From assembly GCA_016934335.1 (NCBI GenBank), contig JAFGTC010000309.1, positions 10,714 through 74,713 on the forward strand: a stretch of DNA of 64,000 nt. Reading direction: 5' to 3'. Under the pieces are notes generated by a model. It worked only from the letters and a program-made list of their open reading frames with translations. It was not told the origin of the DNA and searched no databases. The stretch is from Candidatus Omnitrophota bacterium (GTDB taxonomy: Bacteria > Hinthialibacterota > Hinthialibacteria > Hinthialibacterales > Hinthialibacteraceae). The stretch's first letter is position 1, and each line of letters starts with the position of its first letter. A program made the translations under genes and the position numbers. Below are positions 59,509-64,000 of the stretch, piece by piece.

Positions 59509-60666
59509 TTACAGAGACGCCAAGATTTCCTGCGTAATTTCCCGCGACTCGCGATCCACCGCCTGAATATCTTCCAGGGTGTAATCGAGCCGGGGGGAAT
59601 GGCGCTTCATGCTTTGCTCCAGGATGCGGGGGATGGCGCCGAAGCAGATGCGTCCGTTCAAATAGGCCGAGACGACCTCTTCGTTGGCGACCGACAGATA
59701 CGCAGGCATCGTTCCACCGGTCTGAGCCGCTTCATAGGCAAGCGACAAACAGGGAAAGCTGTCGAGATCGGGGGGGAAGAACGTCAATTGAGAAATATCC
59801 AATAGATTCAATTTGCGGCCGGAGCGCTCGATGCGCTCGGGATAGGAAAGCGCATACTGAATGGGCGTGCGCATATCGGCGTCGCCCAACTGCGCCATAA
59901 TCGATCCATCGCAAAACTCAATCATGGAATGAATGATCGATTGGGGATGCACGACGACATCGATGCGATCCAACGGCGTTTGAAACAAATGATGCGCTTC
60001 GATCAACTCCAATCCCTTGTTGAACAGCGTCGCCGAATCGATGGTGATCTTAGCGCCCATGTTCCAGGTAGGATGATTCAGGGCTTCTTCGACGGGCACA
60101 TTCTCGAAATCTTCCGGACGCCGCCCCCGAAACGGTCCGCCCGACGCCGTCAGAATGATTCGTTCGACTTCCTCAGGGCGTCCGCTCTGCAGGCATTGGA
60201 GAATGGCGCTGTGTTCGCTGTCGATCGGCACAATGGGAACGCCGCACTGGCGAGCTTCGCGCATGAGCAGATCCCCCGCCATCGCCAGCACCTCTTTATT
60301 GGCGAGAGCGATGTGCTTCCCCGTCCGGACCGCTTCGAACGTCGATTGAAAACCGACAGCCCCCACCGTGGCGATCACCGCCGTATCGGCGTCGCAGCGC
60401 CGCACCAGTTCCACCAGCGAATCCGGGCCGCTAAGAAATTCCGCCCCCGGCGCCAGTTCATTTCGAGGAAAAAGAGCGGCCGCCTTTTCGTCGGTCAGGG
60501 CGACGAACCGGGGAGAGAACTCGCGGCATTGTTGTGCGAGCATTTCCTGGTTTCGATGCGCGGCCAGAGCGGCGATTTCAAACCGGCCGGGATGACAGCG
60601 CACCACATCCAGACATTGACATCCTATTGATCCGGTTGATCCCAAAAGAATCAATTTTTTCATCAT
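59509..60666 (-). CDS. dxr: 1-deoxy-D-xylulose 5-phosphate reductoisomerase
   Basis: N-terminal NADPH motif LGSTGSIG and DXR catalytic region. MMKKLIL start at 60666 (track ORF extended). Confidence 0.9.
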   Translation of the reverse strand: MMKKLILLGSTGSIGCQCLDVVRCHPGRFEIAALAAHRNQEMLAQQCREFSPRFVALTDEKAAALFPRNELAPGAEFLSGPDSLVELVRRCDADTAVIATVGAVGFQSTFEAVRTGKHIALANKEVLAMAGDLLMREARQCGVPIVPIDSEHSAILQCLQSGRPEEVERIILTASGGPFRGRRPEDFENVPVEEALNHPTWNMGAKITIDSATLFNKGLELIEAHHLFQTPLDRIDVVVHPQSIIHSMIEFCDGSIMAQLGDADMRTPIQYALSYPERIERSGRKLNLLDISQLTFFPPDLDSFPCLSLAYEAAQTGGTMPAYLSVANEEVVSAYLNGRICFGAIPRILEQSMKRHSPRLDYTLEDIQAVDRESREITQEILASL

Positions 60667-61046
60667 GACGGTTTTTCTTATCCATTCGGAGGCAATACTG
60701 GCGCCTTGTCGATTCATACTGTATTTAACTGGGATAGTTTCCTAACAAGGCGTTCGTCTGTCAACCAGTCTAGTTGACGCACGTTTGACGATTCTCTATC
60801 CGCACAATTCTTCACGCCGCTCGCCTTGCCGCGTCGCCCGAATTTATCACAAGATGTTCAAAATAAGCAACTTACATTAATCATCACGTTCGGATATTTA
60901 TCTCGAGAATTTCCATCCCGTAGGAAATGTCCAAACAATGGATCGCCCATCTTCGCCAATTGAAGCGACCTGCCATTTCTAGAAAAATCCATAGACGCCC
61001 CGAAGAGGGAAAAGAGCGCCTTTTCCAGGAAAAATTCCTGCAAACC

Positions 61047-61075
61047 TTGACTTTTGTTACTCATTCCATTATACT
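61047..61075 (+). promoter_or_regulatory. Sigma70-like promoter TTGACT-17-TATACT upstream of gyrB
   Basis: Seen in sequence about 120 nt upstream of the gyrB ATG. Two short hairpins lie immediately upstream (GGAAAAG-N6-CTTTTCC and CAGGAA-AAA-TTCCTG, 61008-61040). Confidence 0.5.
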
Positions 61076-61181
61076 TATGTAACTTCTTCAAAACAAAGCT
61101 CTAACAGAGATGAACTATCTCGGAATCACCATGAATCCATATCCATATTCCAACTGTTTGGTGATGAAATCCAGGGCGTGA

Positions 61182-63722
<2,541 letters not shown>

Positions 63723-63752
63723 GAATAACAACGCCATTGCGAGGCGGTTTGT

Positions 63753-64000
63753 ATGACAAACAAACAAACGAAGCCTTCTTTCATCCGAGTTGCGGCAGGT
63801 CAAATCAACACGACGGTCGGCGATTTGGACGGCAACACGGAAAAAATCATCGAATGGATCGACCAAGCGCGTGCGCACCGTGTTCAGATCCTGGCTTTTC
63901 CCGAATTGACGATCTGCGGGTACCCCCCGAAAGATTTACTCTTAAAAACACAGTTCATCGCCGATCAGCAAAAATATTTGGAAGCGATTCTGCCCGAAAC
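63753..64000 (+). CDS. nadE: Glutamine-dependent NAD+ synthetase, N-terminal CN-hydrolase domain (partial, runs off window)
   Basis: IRVAAGQINTTVGDLDGN...ILAFPELTICGYPPKD is the nitrilase-like glutaminase domain of NadE. GAGG RBS. Not in the ORF track because no stop falls in the window. Confidence 0.7.
   Translation, partial: MTNKQTKPSFIRVAAGQINTTVGDLDGNTEKIIEWIDQARAHRVQILAFPELTICGYPPKDLLLKTQFIADQQKYLEAILPE

Noticed and set aside
59929-60630. 233-aa plus-strand ORF
   Set aside because: Antisense to dxr.

Overview
The window is 64 kb of bacterial chromosome with about 55% GC and dense coding on both strands. I found no rRNA, tRNA, CRISPR array or obvious mobile element. Several features (H-X9-DG-type prepilin N-termini, DUF1080, DUF4097 and a Bat/MoxR aerotolerance cluster) suggest a PVC-like or candidate-phylum lineage, but this is inference. 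The housekeeping core includes: the nusA-infB-DUF503-rbfA-truB-rpsO-pnp operon (minus strand) with no rimP; a Gram-positive-type sufBCDSUT Fe-S cluster operon whose promoter overlaps a 33-bp perfect palindrome; grpE-dnaK followed by an FmdB zinc-ribbon gene instead of dnaJ; htrA/degP; dprA followed by two tandem prepilin-type genes; a TetR-regulated MFP-RND efflux pair with no outer-membrane factor; dxr; gyrB; and the 5-prime end of nadE. Accessory or unusual content: (i) an orphan gspF/pilC with its own promoter and terminator, immediately followed by a eukaryote/archaea-type XPB (RED-motif SF2) helicase co-transcribed with a 504-aa partner of unknown function; (ii) a roughly 13-gene MoxR-GT2-DUF58-PPIase-BatA-BatB-BatC-BatD-BatE supra-operon with three ATGA start/stop overlaps, an embedded family-2 glycosyltransferase, a TPR protein carrying an approximately 80-residue Q/E/D/N tract (CTG/TTG repeat DNA), two truncated BatD-like paralogs, and an orphan groEL (no groES, no CIRCE) at its distal end; (iii) two paralogous membrane-anchored hypothetical proteins, each lying directly downstream of a large polytopic membrane protein (one of them the RND pump); (iv) tandem DUF4097 lipoprotein paralogs convergent with a two-domain DUF1080 protein. 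All calls come from reading the sequence and remembered family signatures. No database searches were run.
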